Positions 9,495 to 19,762 of a stretch of DNA of 64,000 bases are shown one piece after another. Source of the DNA: an uncultured Desulfosarcina sp. (lineage in GTDB: Bacteria; Desulfobacterota; Desulfobacteria; Desulfobacterales; Desulfosarcinaceae). The stretch covers positions 256,001-320,000 of the forward strand of contig CAXXWQ010000004.1 of NCBI GenBank assembly GCA_963674945.2, read 5' to 3'. How positions within the stretch are numbered: position 1 is the first letter of the stretch; each line of letters opens with the position of its first letter. Below the pieces are notes generated by a model. The model saw only the letters and a program-made list of their open reading frames with translations. It had not been told where the DNA came from and did no database searches. The position numbers were made by a program, and so were the translations under genes.

Positions 9495-11213
9495 ATGAAA
9501 AGACAATGGCAGATGCTTCATCCGGATCCGAAAATTGTTCATGACCTGACTAGACATACCGGAGGGGATTCCCTGATGGCAAGACTTCTGGCCATACGCG
9601 GTTTGGATTCCGGATCCAAGGCAAATCAGTTTTTGCATCCCTCCTTTCGGTCTTTGACGCCGCCCGTGAAATTGGCTGGTATGGAAATCGCCGTCCAGCG
9701 AATCCATAAGGCGCTTCGAGACGAAGAAAATATACTTGTCTTCGGTGATTACGATGTGGACGGCATCACGGCCACTGCACTCCTGGTCAGTTTTTTGCGT
9801 CGATGCGGTGCTAACGTCGTGTATCATATTCCCCACCGGATTTCCCAGGGCTATGGAATGGGCGTTGAATTCATTGAAAGGAAAATCCTCACCGCCGGCA
9901 TCGACCTGATCGTCACCGTGGATTGCGGATCCGGAAACGATGAAGCCATCACCCGCGCCCGAAAGAGCGGCATCGATACCATCGTCACCGACCATCATCC
10001 GGTGACACACCCCCCCGAAGACGCCGTCGCCGTAGTCAATCCCACCCAACCGGCCTGTGTCGGCCTGCTGGATCATCTCGCGGGCGTTGGGGTGGCCTTC
10101 TATCTCGTCATCGCTCTTCGGACCCGATTGCGGAAGGCGGGATTTTTCAATGATCGCCGGGAACCGAACCTGAAACGGTTCTGTGACCTGGTGGCATTGG
10201 GCACCATTGCAGACGTGTCACCGCTCGTTATGGAAAACCGTATCCTGACGGCGGCCGGCCTCGATCAGATCAACGGGAATTCCCGGCCCGGTATCGCAGC
10301 ATTGTTGGATCGAATTGGTGCGTCTGACAAACCCGTTGACGCGGAGACCATTGCCTTCGCACTGGCGCCCCACCTTAATGCGGCGGGGCGAATGGCGCAC
10401 GCGAAGATGGCTTGTGAACTTCTTCTCTGTCAGAATAAAAACCGCAGCCAGGGGTTGGCCGGCGCCCTCTGCCGCCTCAATCGACGCCGGCAGATCATGG
10501 AAAACGAGCTTTTGGCCGCCATATCAAAAAAATGGCTCGACGCTGGGGACCTTGCCGGTCGATCGGCGATCGTCGTGGCGGGGGACCGCTGGCACGAGGG
10601 CATCCTGGGCATCGTCGCCGCCCGACTCACCCGGATGATGCATTGTCCATCGGTGGTGATTTCGACACGCAACGGAATGGGAAAAGGATCGGGACGCAGC
10701 GTCGAAGGGATCGACCTCTCCATGGCCCTCGCCAAATGTGCAGATCTGTTGACGGGTTTCGGTGGCCATCCTTTGGCCGCGGGTCTTTCATTGCCCTCTT
10801 CCAATATCACCACCTTTACAAGGCGAATGGAGCGGATCGTGGATGAAATGACATCGGGGCGAGCCATACGGCCGACGCTACCCATCGATGCGAAATTGCC
10901 TATCGATGCCATTACGCCAAGCCTTACGGACAATATCGCACGGCTGGGCCCCTTCGGACCGAAAAATCCCCACCCGCTGTTTTTGGACGATTCAGTACGG
11001 GTGCACACCAGCCAGACCATCGGCAGTTGCCATCGACGTATGGTGTTAATAAAAGGGAGCGGTCACAAAATGCCGGCAATTCAGTTCAATGTTACCGACG
11101 ATCAATTGGACACAAATCGAATTTCGAAGGTCGTCTACCGCCCCCAGTGGAATTACTGGAAGGGAAACAAGCGGCTTCAATTGGTGATCGAAGATACCGC
11201 ATCGGCATTGTGA
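9495..11213 (+). CDS. recJ: ssDNA-specific exonuclease RecJ
   Basis: GDYDVDG, TVDCG, TDHH, GTIADV, NAAGR, GSGRS, FGGH motifs; start 9495 or 9483. Confidence 0.96.
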   Translation: MKRQWQMLHPDPKIVHDLTRHTGGDSLMARLLAIRGLDSGSKANQFLHPSFRSLTPPVKLAGMEIAVQRIHKALRDEENILVFGDYDVDGITATALLVSFLRRCGANVVYHIPHRISQGYGMGVEFIERKILTAGIDLIVTVDCGSGNDEAITRARKSGIDTIVTDHHPVTHPPEDAVAVVNPTQPACVGLLDHLAGVGVAFYLVIALRTRLRKAGFFNDRREPNLKRFCDLVALGTIADVSPLVMENRILTAAGLDQINGNSRPGIAALLDRIGASDKPVDAETIAFALAPHLNAAGRMAHAKMACELLLCQNKNRSQGLAGALCRLNRRRQIMENELLAAISKKWLDAGDLAGRSAIVVAGDRWHEGILGIVAARLTRMMHCPSVVISTRNGMGKGSGRSVEGIDLSMALAKCADLLTGFGGHPLAAGLSLPSSNITTFTRRMERIVDEMTSGRAIRPTLPIDAKLPIDAITPSLTDNIARLGPFGPKNPHPLFLDDSVRVHTSQTIGSCHRRMVLIKGSGHKMPAIQFNVTDDQLDTNRISKVVYRPQWNYWKGNKRLQLVIEDTASAL

Positions 11214-11326
11214 TGGTGATGTTCTCTTTTTTTTGTTGCAAATTTCCGCCTATCTTCATTATAAAGAGCCACCAGTAAGGTCCAATGGAAAAGTTGGACC
11301 CATCCATCAACGACAGGTGATCAGCC

Positions 11327-11746
11327 ATGGCAAAAGTCTTCAGGCCCAGTAATCGTGAAACCAGCATTTTGTCTAAAATCGAGTCTTCCAAAGAACATGC
11401 ACGGCGTCTTGCCATCAATACGGTCAGGGAAGATCCGGTCCGGTTTGCCAACCCCATCGCAATGAAACTGGTGGAAGAACACCTTGTGGAGACGACCAAC
11501 AAAAATGCCTTGGAAGAGCAGATCGTAAAATGCTTAGAGACCCTGAGCCACGCAGATGAGTTCGACGTGGACTACCAGATTGCACCGTTTCGAAATCTCG
11601 TTCAACAGCCCAATGTGGTCAGTTTATACGTCACCGCCTTCGTCATCGAAAAACTCATCAACCACAAATCGGTGGTGGACATCTTCGGTTCGGATGCGGA
11701 CATTTACATGTGCATCCATAAGCAGGTCTCAAAGCTTCTTTCCTGA
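11327..11746 (+). CDS. conserved hypothetical protein
   Basis: 139 aa ORF with AGGTGA RBS, co-directional with recJ and rnz. Confidence 0.75.
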   Translation: MAKVFRPSNRETSILSKIESSKEHARRLAINTVREDPVRFANPIAMKLVEEHLVETTNKNALEEQIVKCLETLSHADEFDVDYQIAPFRNLVQQPNVVSLYVTAFVIEKLINHKSVVDIFGSDADIYMCIHKQVSKLLS

Positions 11747-11754
11747 GTCGCCCC

Positions 11755-12795
11755 ATGGGCCCGACGTTCTTACCCAGATTGGTCAACGGCCCCTTTGCGG
11801 ATCCGGCCCTGTTCGTTCCCTTCCGCCACGAAAACCGAGCACTTCTTTTCGACCTGGGCGATATCTGCGCACTGGCCCCCCGGGATATTCTCAAGATCAC
11901 CCACGTCTTCGTCACACACACCCACATGGACCACTTCATCGGTTTCGATCATATGCTTCGAATACTGCTGGGGCGTGACAAGGAACTGCACCTGTTCGGC
12001 CCGCAGGGATTTCTCGACAACCTCTCCAGCAAGCTTTCCGGTTACTGCTGGAATCTGGTAGAAAATTATCAAAACCGGTTCGTGTTGCATGCCACCGAAC
12101 TGCACCCGACCCGCTCTTTGTATTGCCGGTTTCCCTGCCATAAGGGATTTCACGCAGACGGCCCGATCCAAGAGCAACCCTTTGACGGAACTGTCCTGGC
12201 AGAACCGGAAATGACCATCCGCGCGGCTCACCTTGATCACGGCATTCCCGTTTTGGCTTTCTGTCTGTCCGAACGCTTCCACATCCATATCGTGAAGACT
12301 GCGCTGGATCGCCTGCAATTGCCACCGGGTCCCTGGATCAACCGATTCAAATCCCTTCTCTACGCCGATGCCGACCCGGAAACGCCCATCGACGTCCCGA
12401 CCACGGCCGATGAAAACGAACCCATTCGTTATACGGTAGGAAAACTCGAGGAAACCATCACAAGGATATCACCCGGTCAACGTCTGGCCTATATTGCGGA
12501 TGCGGCCGGTACGAAAGAAAATGAAGAAAAAATGATCACCTTGGCAAAAGGGGTGGATCACCTGTTTGTGGAGGCGGCCTTTTCGGAGGAGCACCGGGAT
12601 ATGGCGCTGCAGAAAAATCATCTCACCGCCTGTCAGGCCGGACGGTTGGCCCGAATCTGCGGCGTGAATCAATACACCCTGTTCCACCACTCTCCGCGTT
12701 ACACGGATCACACTGAAATACTGGAGCAGGAAGCAAAGGCGGCGTTCATGGGTGAGCGGGACCAATCGGTGCCGGTGGCTCGAAGATCTCCTTGA
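11755..12795 (+). CDS. rnz: ribonuclease Z-like metallo-beta-lactamase
   Basis: LLFDLG, THTHMDHFIGF, LDHGIP, YIAD, NHLT, HHSPRY. Confidence 0.85.
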   Translation: MGPTFLPRLVNGPFADPALFVPFRHENRALLFDLGDICALAPRDILKITHVFVTHTHMDHFIGFDHMLRILLGRDKELHLFGPQGFLDNLSSKLSGYCWNLVENYQNRFVLHATELHPTRSLYCRFPCHKGFHADGPIQEQPFDGTVLAEPEMTIRAAHLDHGIPVLAFCLSERFHIHIVKTALDRLQLPPGPWINRFKSLLYADADPETPIDVPTTADENEPIRYTVGKLEETITRISPGQRLAYIADAAGTKENEEKMITLAKGVDHLFVEAAFSEEHRDMALQKNHLTACQAGRLARICGVNQYTLFHHSPRYTDHTEILEQEAKAAFMGERDQSVPVARRSP

Positions 12796-12804
12796 CGCGA
12801 TAAA

Positions 12805-12985
12805 TGGTAAAACCGATACGATGGGCCGACGCGCAAACCGCGAGCCACTTGTCGGTGATGGCTTTGTTGGGCGCGATCACTTTTCTCACTGATTCGGCCA
12901 GGACTTCGGCACCACCACCGGGTATGGTACGGATGCCGGCATCCCAGAGCGTTTCAAGCAATTCGGAAACACCGCAGCCCTATTC
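12805..12985 (-). pseudogene. remnant of a CofH/MqnC/MqnE-family radical SAM gene
   Basis: LWDAGIRTIPGGGAEVLAESVRKVIAPNK..WLAVCASAHRIG matches the family PGGGAE region; in-frame TAG upstream, no CxxxCxxC, no family C-terminus. Confidence 0.7.
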
Positions 12986-13122
12986 TTTCGAATCAATGCA
13001 TCCGTGATTCATTGACATTTATTACAAATGGGCTATTGTTGGTCAGTATCGATGACACGAAACCACCCTATTCCAAATGTTAAAAACGATTGCGCGAAAC
13101 TCTTCACCAGAAAGTCATTTCC

Positions 13123-14121
13123 ATGATCTTAGATGAAGCACGGCAGGTTCTTCAAATTGAAGCGGATGGCATTCTACGACTCATCGACCGCCTCGATCAC
13201 CAATTTGAGCAGATGGTACACACCATTTTACACTGCACCGGCCGGGTCATTGTCAGCGGCATTGGAAAATCCGGCGTAATCGGCAAAAAAATCAGCGCGA
13301 CCTTGAACAGTACGGGAACGCGCAGCCTGTTTCTTCACCCGGTGGAGGCCATGCACGGCGATCTTGGAATGGTCAGTTCCGATGATGTATTCCTTGCCAT
13401 GTCTTACAGTGGTGAAACCGGGGAAGTGAACATTTTGATACCCAGCATACGGCGCATCGGTTGCACCGTTATCGCCATGACCGGCAACCTGCGGTCCAAC
13501 CTGGCCAAACACAGCGATATCGTCATCGATGTGAGCGTGGAAAAAGAGGCCTGTCCGTTAGGATTGGCCCCGACGGCCAGTACAACGGCCCTTCTGGCAA
13601 TGGGAGATGCGCTGGCAGTTGTCCTGATCAACAAAAAGCATTTTAAAACAAGTGATTTCAAACGGTTCCACCCTGGCGGCGCTTTGGGGCAGCGTCTTTC
13701 CAGCCAGGTAAAAGACATCATGTTCACCAAGGATGCCGTTCCCGCCGTCTTCGACGCCACTGCCATGGAACAAGCCGTGGCAGAGATGGACCGCCATGGC
13801 TTGGGGGCACTGATCATCATGGATGATGATCGCCGGCTTGCCGGTATTCTTACGGACGGGGATATTCGGCGAATGATTGCCAGAAAGGTACCGATCTTTT
13901 CACAAACCCTTACCGATGTAATGACACACGATCCATTGCACAGCTTTCCCCATACGCCCGCCTATGATGCACTCAATATTATGGAACGGCATGAAATCAC
14001 CGTCTTGCCCATTATCGACGAGGACCGTCACGTACTTGGAATCTTGCACCTGCACGACATCCTCGGTAAAGGTGAATTCACCTTCAATGGTTCGACGATC
14101 GAAAATGAGAGTGCCCTTTAG
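13123..14121 (+). CDS. kdsD: KpsF/GutQ arabinose-5-phosphate isomerase
   Basis: GIGKSG, EAMHGDLG, EACPLGLAPTAST, HPGGALG, C-terminal CBS pair. Confidence 0.95.
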   Translation: MILDEARQVLQIEADGILRLIDRLDHQFEQMVHTILHCTGRVIVSGIGKSGVIGKKISATLNSTGTRSLFLHPVEAMHGDLGMVSSDDVFLAMSYSGETGEVNILIPSIRRIGCTVIAMTGNLRSNLAKHSDIVIDVSVEKEACPLGLAPTASTTALLAMGDALAVVLINKKHFKTSDFKRFHPGGALGQRLSSQVKDIMFTKDAVPAVFDATAMEQAVAEMDRHGLGALIIMDDDRRLAGILTDGDIRRMIARKVPIFSQTLTDVMTHDPLHSFPHTPAYDALNIMERHEITVLPIIDEDRHVLGILHLHDILGKGEFTFNGSTIENESAL

Positions 14122-14145
14122 CCTTTTCGATGACAAGGAGCAATT

Positions 14146-15480
14146 ATGCGCCAGGAGGCCATAGAGACCGAGATTCAAACGTTGGGAGAGGCAAAAATCA
14201 TATCCCCTATGGTGAACGGCGAGCATGGTGAACGTTCCCACCTATTCGTATCCGATGAAATTCGGGTGTTGATCAACATCAATCGATCGATCATCGAAGA
14301 TTACATCGCCAAAGGGATCTCACCACCGGCTTTCGAGGTCGCCGGTCCCAGAAAAAAGGTCTATTTCGACCCGTCCAAACTCAGATGTGCCATCGCAACA
14401 TGTGGTGGTCTTTGTCCGGGGTTGAATGATATTGTGCGCGCAATCGTGCTCGAATTACACTACCGGTACAGAGTGAAAATCATCTACGGGATCCGTCACG
14501 GATTGGAGGGTTTTATTCCCGAATACAATCACGATTTTCTGGATCTAACTCCGGCAATGGTATCCAACATCATGGACATGGGCGGCTCTATCCTCGGGTC
14601 ATCCCGTGGTGCGCAGGATATCGAACGCGTGGTGGATTGCCTGGAGGTGAACAACATCGGTATTTTATTCATGGTTGGTGGTGACGGGACACTCATGGCC
14701 GCTTCCAAGATCGCCGACACCATCAACGAACGGAACCTGAAGATAAGCGTGGTCGGCATTCCGAAAACCATAGACAACGATATTCACCTGGTTTCGCGAT
14801 CTTTCGGTTTCGATACCGCTGTTGATGTTGCCCGCATGGCCATCCAGAGCGCCCACAACGAAGCCACCTCATACCCCAACGGCGTCGGTCTTATCAAACT
14901 CATGGGTCGTCACTCCGGCTTTATCGCTGCTACCGCGGCACTGGCACAGCAGGATGCCAATTTTGTATTGATTCCCGAGGTCGATTTCGACCTGGACGGT
15001 GAAAATGGACTTCTCGCCGCATTAGAAAGTCGCTTGGCCAAACGGGGTCACGCCGTTGTCGTGGTCGCCGAAGGGGCCGGTCAGAAATTTTTTGAAAATG
15101 GTGATGAACATCGGGACGCATCGGGAAATATCCGGCTTAAGGACATCGGCACATTCTTACGGGACCAGATCAAAGATCATTTTGCCAGTAAAAAAATTCC
15201 ATTGAACATCAAATACATCGACCCGAGCTACATGATTCGCAGCCTTCCGGCCAATGCCAATGACAGCGTCTTTTGTGGCTTTTTAGGAAGAGATGCCGTA
15301 CATGCCGGGATGGCAGGAAAAACACGCCTGCTGATTGGTCACTGGAATAACCACTTCGTCCATCTGCCCATGCGTGCAACCGCAGGGAAAAGAAAGCATG
15401 TCAATCCCAATGGAAAGCTATGGACGACCGTTCTCGAATCTACCGGTCAACCCGATTTGAAAAATGGATCATCAAACTGA
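14146..15480 (+). CDS. pfkA: ATP-dependent 6-phosphofructokinase (PPi-PFK-like clade X)
   Basis: TCGGLCPGLN, GGSILGSSRG, GGDGT, PKTIDND, LMGRHSGFIA, YIDPSYMIR. Confidence 0.93.
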   Translation: MRQEAIETEIQTLGEAKIISPMVNGEHGERSHLFVSDEIRVLININRSIIEDYIAKGISPPAFEVAGPRKKVYFDPSKLRCAIATCGGLCPGLNDIVRAIVLELHYRYRVKIIYGIRHGLEGFIPEYNHDFLDLTPAMVSNIMDMGGSILGSSRGAQDIERVVDCLEVNNIGILFMVGGDGTLMAASKIADTINERNLKISVVGIPKTIDNDIHLVSRSFGFDTAVDVARMAIQSAHNEATSYPNGVGLIKLMGRHSGFIAATAALAQQDANFVLIPEVDFDLDGENGLLAALESRLAKRGHAVVVVAEGAGQKFFENGDEHRDASGNIRLKDIGTFLRDQIKDHFASKKIPLNIKYIDPSYMIRSLPANANDSVFCGFLGRDAVHAGMAGKTRLLIGHWNNHFVHLPMRATAGKRKHVNPNGKLWTTVLESTGQPDLKNGSSN

Positions 15481-15536
15481 TGATGAACTCGTTCATCAAT
15501 ACAAATTCAAAGAAACTTTTAACGGCAAAGATCCAT

Positions 15537-16853
15537 TTACGTATCGAAACGGCCGTGGAAAAGCTCTCTTTGAATAACCCGTGCGTGGCGAGATGCCGCC
15601 CCACGTTGGCTAAGCACCGCTTTCCTGGCCAAGCGTCCCATTCGTATGGCTTTTTCGGGATGCATCAGTAAATCGAGGGTTTTTTCCAATAAGGCATTGG
15701 CATCGTTTACACAAATGCCGCCACCACATTCTTGGAGCAATTTCTTTTCTTCCGTAAAGTCCTCCATGTGGGGGCCAAAGAGAACCGGCTTTTCCTGGAT
15801 GGCCGCTTCAAGGACATTTTGCCCCCCCAGTGGAACGAGACTGCCCCCGCAAAAAACAACCGATGCCAAAGCGTAAATATGGCGCAACTCACCGATGGTG
15901 TTTAAAATAATCACCGGCGCGTGGCGCCTCTCGTCTTCCTGTTCCAGGTCTGTCCGATATTGCCATCGGATCCCTTCTTTCCGGGCAATATTTACGATTC
16001 GAGTGGCTTTCTCGATGTGCCGCGGTGCTATTATGAACACAAGTTCTGGCACATGTCTCGATAATTGTTGATAGACATCCATGAGAAGCGCGAACTCATC
16101 TCCCCGAACGCTTCCCCCTACCCAAACCAAAGACCGTTCATCCAGGGCGAACATCTTTTTGAAAGCACGGACATCATCCTCGGGACATCCCATATGCATC
16201 GCATCAAACTTGACGTTGCCATTTACACAGATTCGTTGTTTCGGTGCCCCAAGGTGATGGATTCGTCTGGCATCGGTTTGTGTGATCATACTAAAGCAGG
16301 AGACCGTTTCGAGAACCGGTTTAAGCAAGGGACGTATTTTTTTGTATGATTGTATGGAACGCGCCGAAATCCGACCATTTGCGATTACGGTCTTGATACC
16401 TGCACGACGGGCGCGAATCAACCAATTGGGCCAGATCTCCGTCTCCATGCAGACGATCAAATCAGGTCGATACGATGCAAGGAAGCGTCCGACAATATGC
16501 CAAATGTCCAGTGGTGCGTATCGAATGGATGCACGTTTGGCGAGCCGATGGTGCGCATATTTTTGGCCGCTACTGGTTGTCGTTGTCAATATGATCGCAG
16601 CCACTGTCCCCATGGCATCCAATGCATGAATGATCGTTTCCGCAGCCTGCACTTCCCCCACGGAAACGGCATGGATCCAGACTCGCGGGTGTTTGACCAA
16701 ATCCATGTGTCGATTCGACAGGTCGTATCCCAATCGTTGGGCGAACGCCTTTCGTCTTTCCTGGTTTCTCGTCCCGATGAACCAGAGGACCGGAAAGAGC
16801 AGCAAGAATGCACCGGATCCCAGTAAAATGTAAACAATATGAAAAAAGGTCAT
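15537..16853 (-). CDS. waaA: 3-deoxy-D-manno-octulosonic acid transferase
   Basis: WIHAVSVGE, ETEIWPN, NGRIS, APRH, GGSLVPLGGQN. Confidence 0.95.
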   Translation of the reverse strand: MTFFHIVYILLGSGAFLLLFPVLWFIGTRNQERRKAFAQRLGYDLSNRHMDLVKHPRVWIHAVSVGEVQAAETIIHALDAMGTVAAIILTTTTSSGQKYAHHRLAKRASIRYAPLDIWHIVGRFLASYRPDLIVCMETEIWPNWLIRARRAGIKTVIANGRISARSIQSYKKIRPLLKPVLETVSCFSMITQTDARRIHHLGAPKQRICVNGNVKFDAMHMGCPEDDVRAFKKMFALDERSLVWVGGSVRGDEFALLMDVYQQLSRHVPELVFIIAPRHIEKATRIVNIARKEGIRWQYRTDLEQEDERRHAPVIILNTIGELRHIYALASVVFCGGSLVPLGGQNVLEAAIQEKPVLFGPHMEDFTEEKKLLQECGGGICVNDANALLEKTLDLLMHPEKAIRMGRLARKAVLSQRGAASRHARVIQRELFHGRFDT

Positions 16854-18943
16854 TGTGAAGGAGGCGGCAGTTGGTCTTTTTCCGTCATTTCCCTTTCAGG
16901 CGTCCGTTGAATCTGGGTGAACCGACCATCATCGATCGTAAGCATCGATAACTGCTTATCCGCCTCACCGTTTGCCAAGAAAGCGGTTCGCCCCGTAACG
17001 CCATCATAATCGGCAATTTGTAAAAAAGCGTCCTTCAATTCTCTCCTTGAGTCGGTTGTTGTTTTCCGCATGGTTTCAAATACCATCATGGCGGTATCGT
17101 ATGCCATTGCCTCGACAATCCCCGGAATCCGTCCAAACGCCTCCGTAAAGGCCGCCACGAATTCACGAACATGCTCATTTTCACTTTCAGCGAAGAAACC
17201 ATCCACAATCAGAGACGACTTGATATACGCACCGGACATTTTTAAAAGGGTGTTGGAATGCCATAAATTGGTACCCATCAGCGTAACATCCTGGATATCA
17301 TAATAGGCCAGTTGCGGAATCACCAGACCCGCCTTTTTGGGTGCATCGGGAATGAAAACGGCATCGAAATCAACGATGGGATGCCACCGATCCTCTTCAT
17401 TCCGGACCCTGCGGGAAAGGTTGTCGATAATAGGCCGTGGAAAAGGAAGACCGGTGATCCGCTCCACCGGATCCATCGCAGCGTAAAAGCGCTCCGGGTC
17501 TGAAAGGTCCATTTCTGTTAAGGGTTGAAAAGGTTTCTTCGGCAAACCTTCGGCGGCCAGTTCTGGAGGGACATCGAAATAAATGCCCGTCAGTTTCTTA
17601 ATCGGTTTGCTAAAATCCGTTCCAGTTGGATCATAGGCCTCAACACCGGTTACCAGCCCCCCGTGCGCAATGACCTGATCCCAGAAAAGATTCATATACC
17701 GCTGGCCGTAGTTTTCCCGGGGATAGAGAATCGCAAAACGCGACATATTCAACTCATCTATGGAAAAAGAGACGAGAGCGCGCACTTGCATTTCGGGTGT
17801 AATGAAATTTCTGAATACATAGGGTCCGATATTGGGCAGTGCCTCTCGCTGTGTGAAAAGAAAAATCGGTACACCGCTGGCCTGGGAACGGTCGGCAGCA
17901 GATTCCGATGCGGCCATGGGTCCCAGTATCGCCCCCACCTTTTTCAGATCCAAGGAATCGACGGACTTTACGGCAGCAAACGAATCGGAACGGGAATCTT
18001 CGATGAAGATCTGGAACTCGATTCCATCTGCCTCTTTGCCAATATGGTCCAGTGCCAGCGTGATACCATCCAAAAGACGTCGACCATACAGGGAATAGGC
18101 GCCGGAAAGCGGGACGACACAACCGATTGTAAAGGGAACAAACCGCTGGCGCTCTGTTAATGTCTGGATCATAGTCACTGCATCCGAATAATCCGGATGA
18201 TTGGGATATCGATCCACGAAGGCATTGAGTACATCCATGGCCTGGTCGTAGTCTTCTTCCAGGAGAAAGGCCATGCCGAGACGGTACAGAAGGATACCTT
18301 CGACCCGCGGTTCAAAGACCTGCACCACCATCTGCGCAAGGTCCTGGGATTCGAGGCCTTCGATGGCGTCCAGGAACTGTGTCCAAGCTTCTTCTTTTTC
18401 CGAATCGGGGGCAGCCCGCCAAGCCAAAAGGTAAAAATTCGCGGATTCCAAATTCGCTCCCAATGCGCCATAGGCCCTTGCGATGATGTTGTAGATCGGT
18501 CCATTTCGTGCAACATAGGCTGTTGCATCCACGTATGCCGTTCCATCGGTGACGACTGTCGCGAAGTCATTTCTTTCGTATAATATGTTCAGAATTTCCA
18601 ATACGGCGTCCGGTACCCATGCACTTTCGGGAAACTCATTTCTCAATCTGGAAAAGACGGCCAATGCTCCTTCATTTTGGCCTGTCTTTTTGAGAATCTC
18701 ACCGATTTTGAAAAGCACAGCGTCCACCATCCGATCATCTTTGGTGTCGCGCAAAAATTCGTTGTACCCTTCCAGGGCTTCGGCATATCGACCATTTTTC
18801 GAAGCGATCTCAGCATTTCGATACCCTGCATGATCCGGTATATACGCAACTGGCTTCTCATCGGGAACCGACAGTGGTTTCGGTCCACAACTCGTAAAAA
18901 CAGCCAAAAGGAGTAGAATCAAAAGGCGAGTAATCAAACGCAT
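16850..18943 (-). CDS. LpoA-like penicillin-binding-protein activator lipoprotein (TPR + periplasmic-binding fold)
   Basis: lipobox FTSC, TPR-like helices, IGCVVPLSG, DAVFIPD, GVTG. Confidence 0.85.
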   Translation of the reverse strand: MRLITRLLILLLLAVFTSCGPKPLSVPDEKPVAYIPDHAGYRNAEIASKNGRYAEALEGYNEFLRDTKDDRMVDAVLFKIGEILKKTGQNEGALAVFSRLRNEFPESAWVPDAVLEILNILYERNDFATVVTDGTAYVDATAYVARNGPIYNIIARAYGALGANLESANFYLLAWRAAPDSEKEEAWTQFLDAIEGLESQDLAQMVVQVFEPRVEGILLYRLGMAFLLEEDYDQAMDVLNAFVDRYPNHPDYSDAVTMIQTLTERQRFVPFTIGCVVPLSGAYSLYGRRLLDGITLALDHIGKEADGIEFQIFIEDSRSDSFAAVKSVDSLDLKKVGAILGPMAASESAADRSQASGVPIFLFTQREALPNIGPYVFRNFITPEMQVRALVSFSIDELNMSRFAILYPRENYGQRYMNLFWDQVIAHGGLVTGVEAYDPTGTDFSKPIKKLTGIYFDVPPELAAEGLPKKPFQPLTEMDLSDPERFYAAMDPVERITGLPFPRPIIDNLSRRVRNEEDRWHPIVDFDAVFIPDAPKKAGLVIPQLAYYDIQDVTLMGTNLWHSNTLLKMSGAYIKSSLIVDGFFAESENEHVREFVAAFTEAFGRIPGIVEAMAYDTAMMVFETMRKTTTDSRRELKDAFLQIADYDGVTGRTAFLANGEADKQLSMLTIDDGRFTQIQRTPEREMTEKDQLPPPSQ

Positions 18944-19102
18944 CTGTGTCGTCCCTTTAAAAATTGAGAAAATGCCAAGTTGGCATGGTTTACTCTACAC
19001 GAGCCATTTGCATTGTCAAACATTAGTTTATCCAAGGATATAGCGAGCCTTGACCCACACTCGCATTCCATCTCGCGCTGCACCATAAGATGTCGACGGT
19101 AC

Positions 19103-19132
19103 TTGACATCTTCACGATATCGACATTATAGT
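19103..19132 (+). promoter_or_regulatory. putative sigma70 promoter
   Basis: TTGACA-N18-TATAGT about 65 nt upstream of ATG 19196. Confidence 0.45.
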
Positions 19133-19195
19133 CGAACATCTTCTACGTGCAAGACGCCGACTACGATTTTGTTCCTCAAAATAAAGGTCAAATCC

Positions 19196-19723
19196 ATGAA
19201 AAATTCAATTTTGGCATTGGTGGCACTCTTTTCACTCCTCTTTTTGACAATTACAGCACAGACGTACGCCGAAATGTACAAATATGTCGATGAAAACGGA
19301 CAAACCCGGTGGACCGACGATCTCGGCCAGGTGCCGAAAGCGTACCGGGAGGCGGTGCAGATGGTGGAAAGCATCGAGCCGGAACCGGAAAGCTTGGACG
19401 CATCACAAACCGGTGATGATAACAACATCCCCTTGGATTCCCAGTCTGAGGAATCGAACAAGGATGTGGATTCCGCCTCAAACGCCCAATTGGATCCCAC
19501 AGCCTTGGAAAAGGAAAGGGCGGATTTGGATGCCTTTTATCGGGAACTTCAGGAAGAGAGAAAAACCATCGAACAGTTAAAACAGGAAGAAGGCGATACC
19601 GAGGCGCAGAAAGAGCTCAACATTCGGATTACTGAATTCAATCAGAAGACACAGCAATATGAAATGAAATTAAGCCAATTTAACGAGCGCGTGAAGGCTT
19701 ACAATCAACAAATTAACGAATAA
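19196..19723 (+). CDS. exported DUF4124 domain protein
   Basis: signal peptide, AEMYKYVDENGQTRWTDD, C-terminal coiled coil. Confidence 0.85.
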   Translation: MKNSILALVALFSLLFLTITAQTYAEMYKYVDENGQTRWTDDLGQVPKAYREAVQMVESIEPEPESLDASQTGDDNNIPLDSQSEESNKDVDSASNAQLDPTALEKERADLDAFYRELQEERKTIEQLKQEEGDTEAQKELNIRITEFNQKTQQYEMKLSQFNERVKAYNQQINE

Positions 19724-19762
19724 CCGATCATACAAAAAGACAACCCTGTAAGGAGGTTCGCC

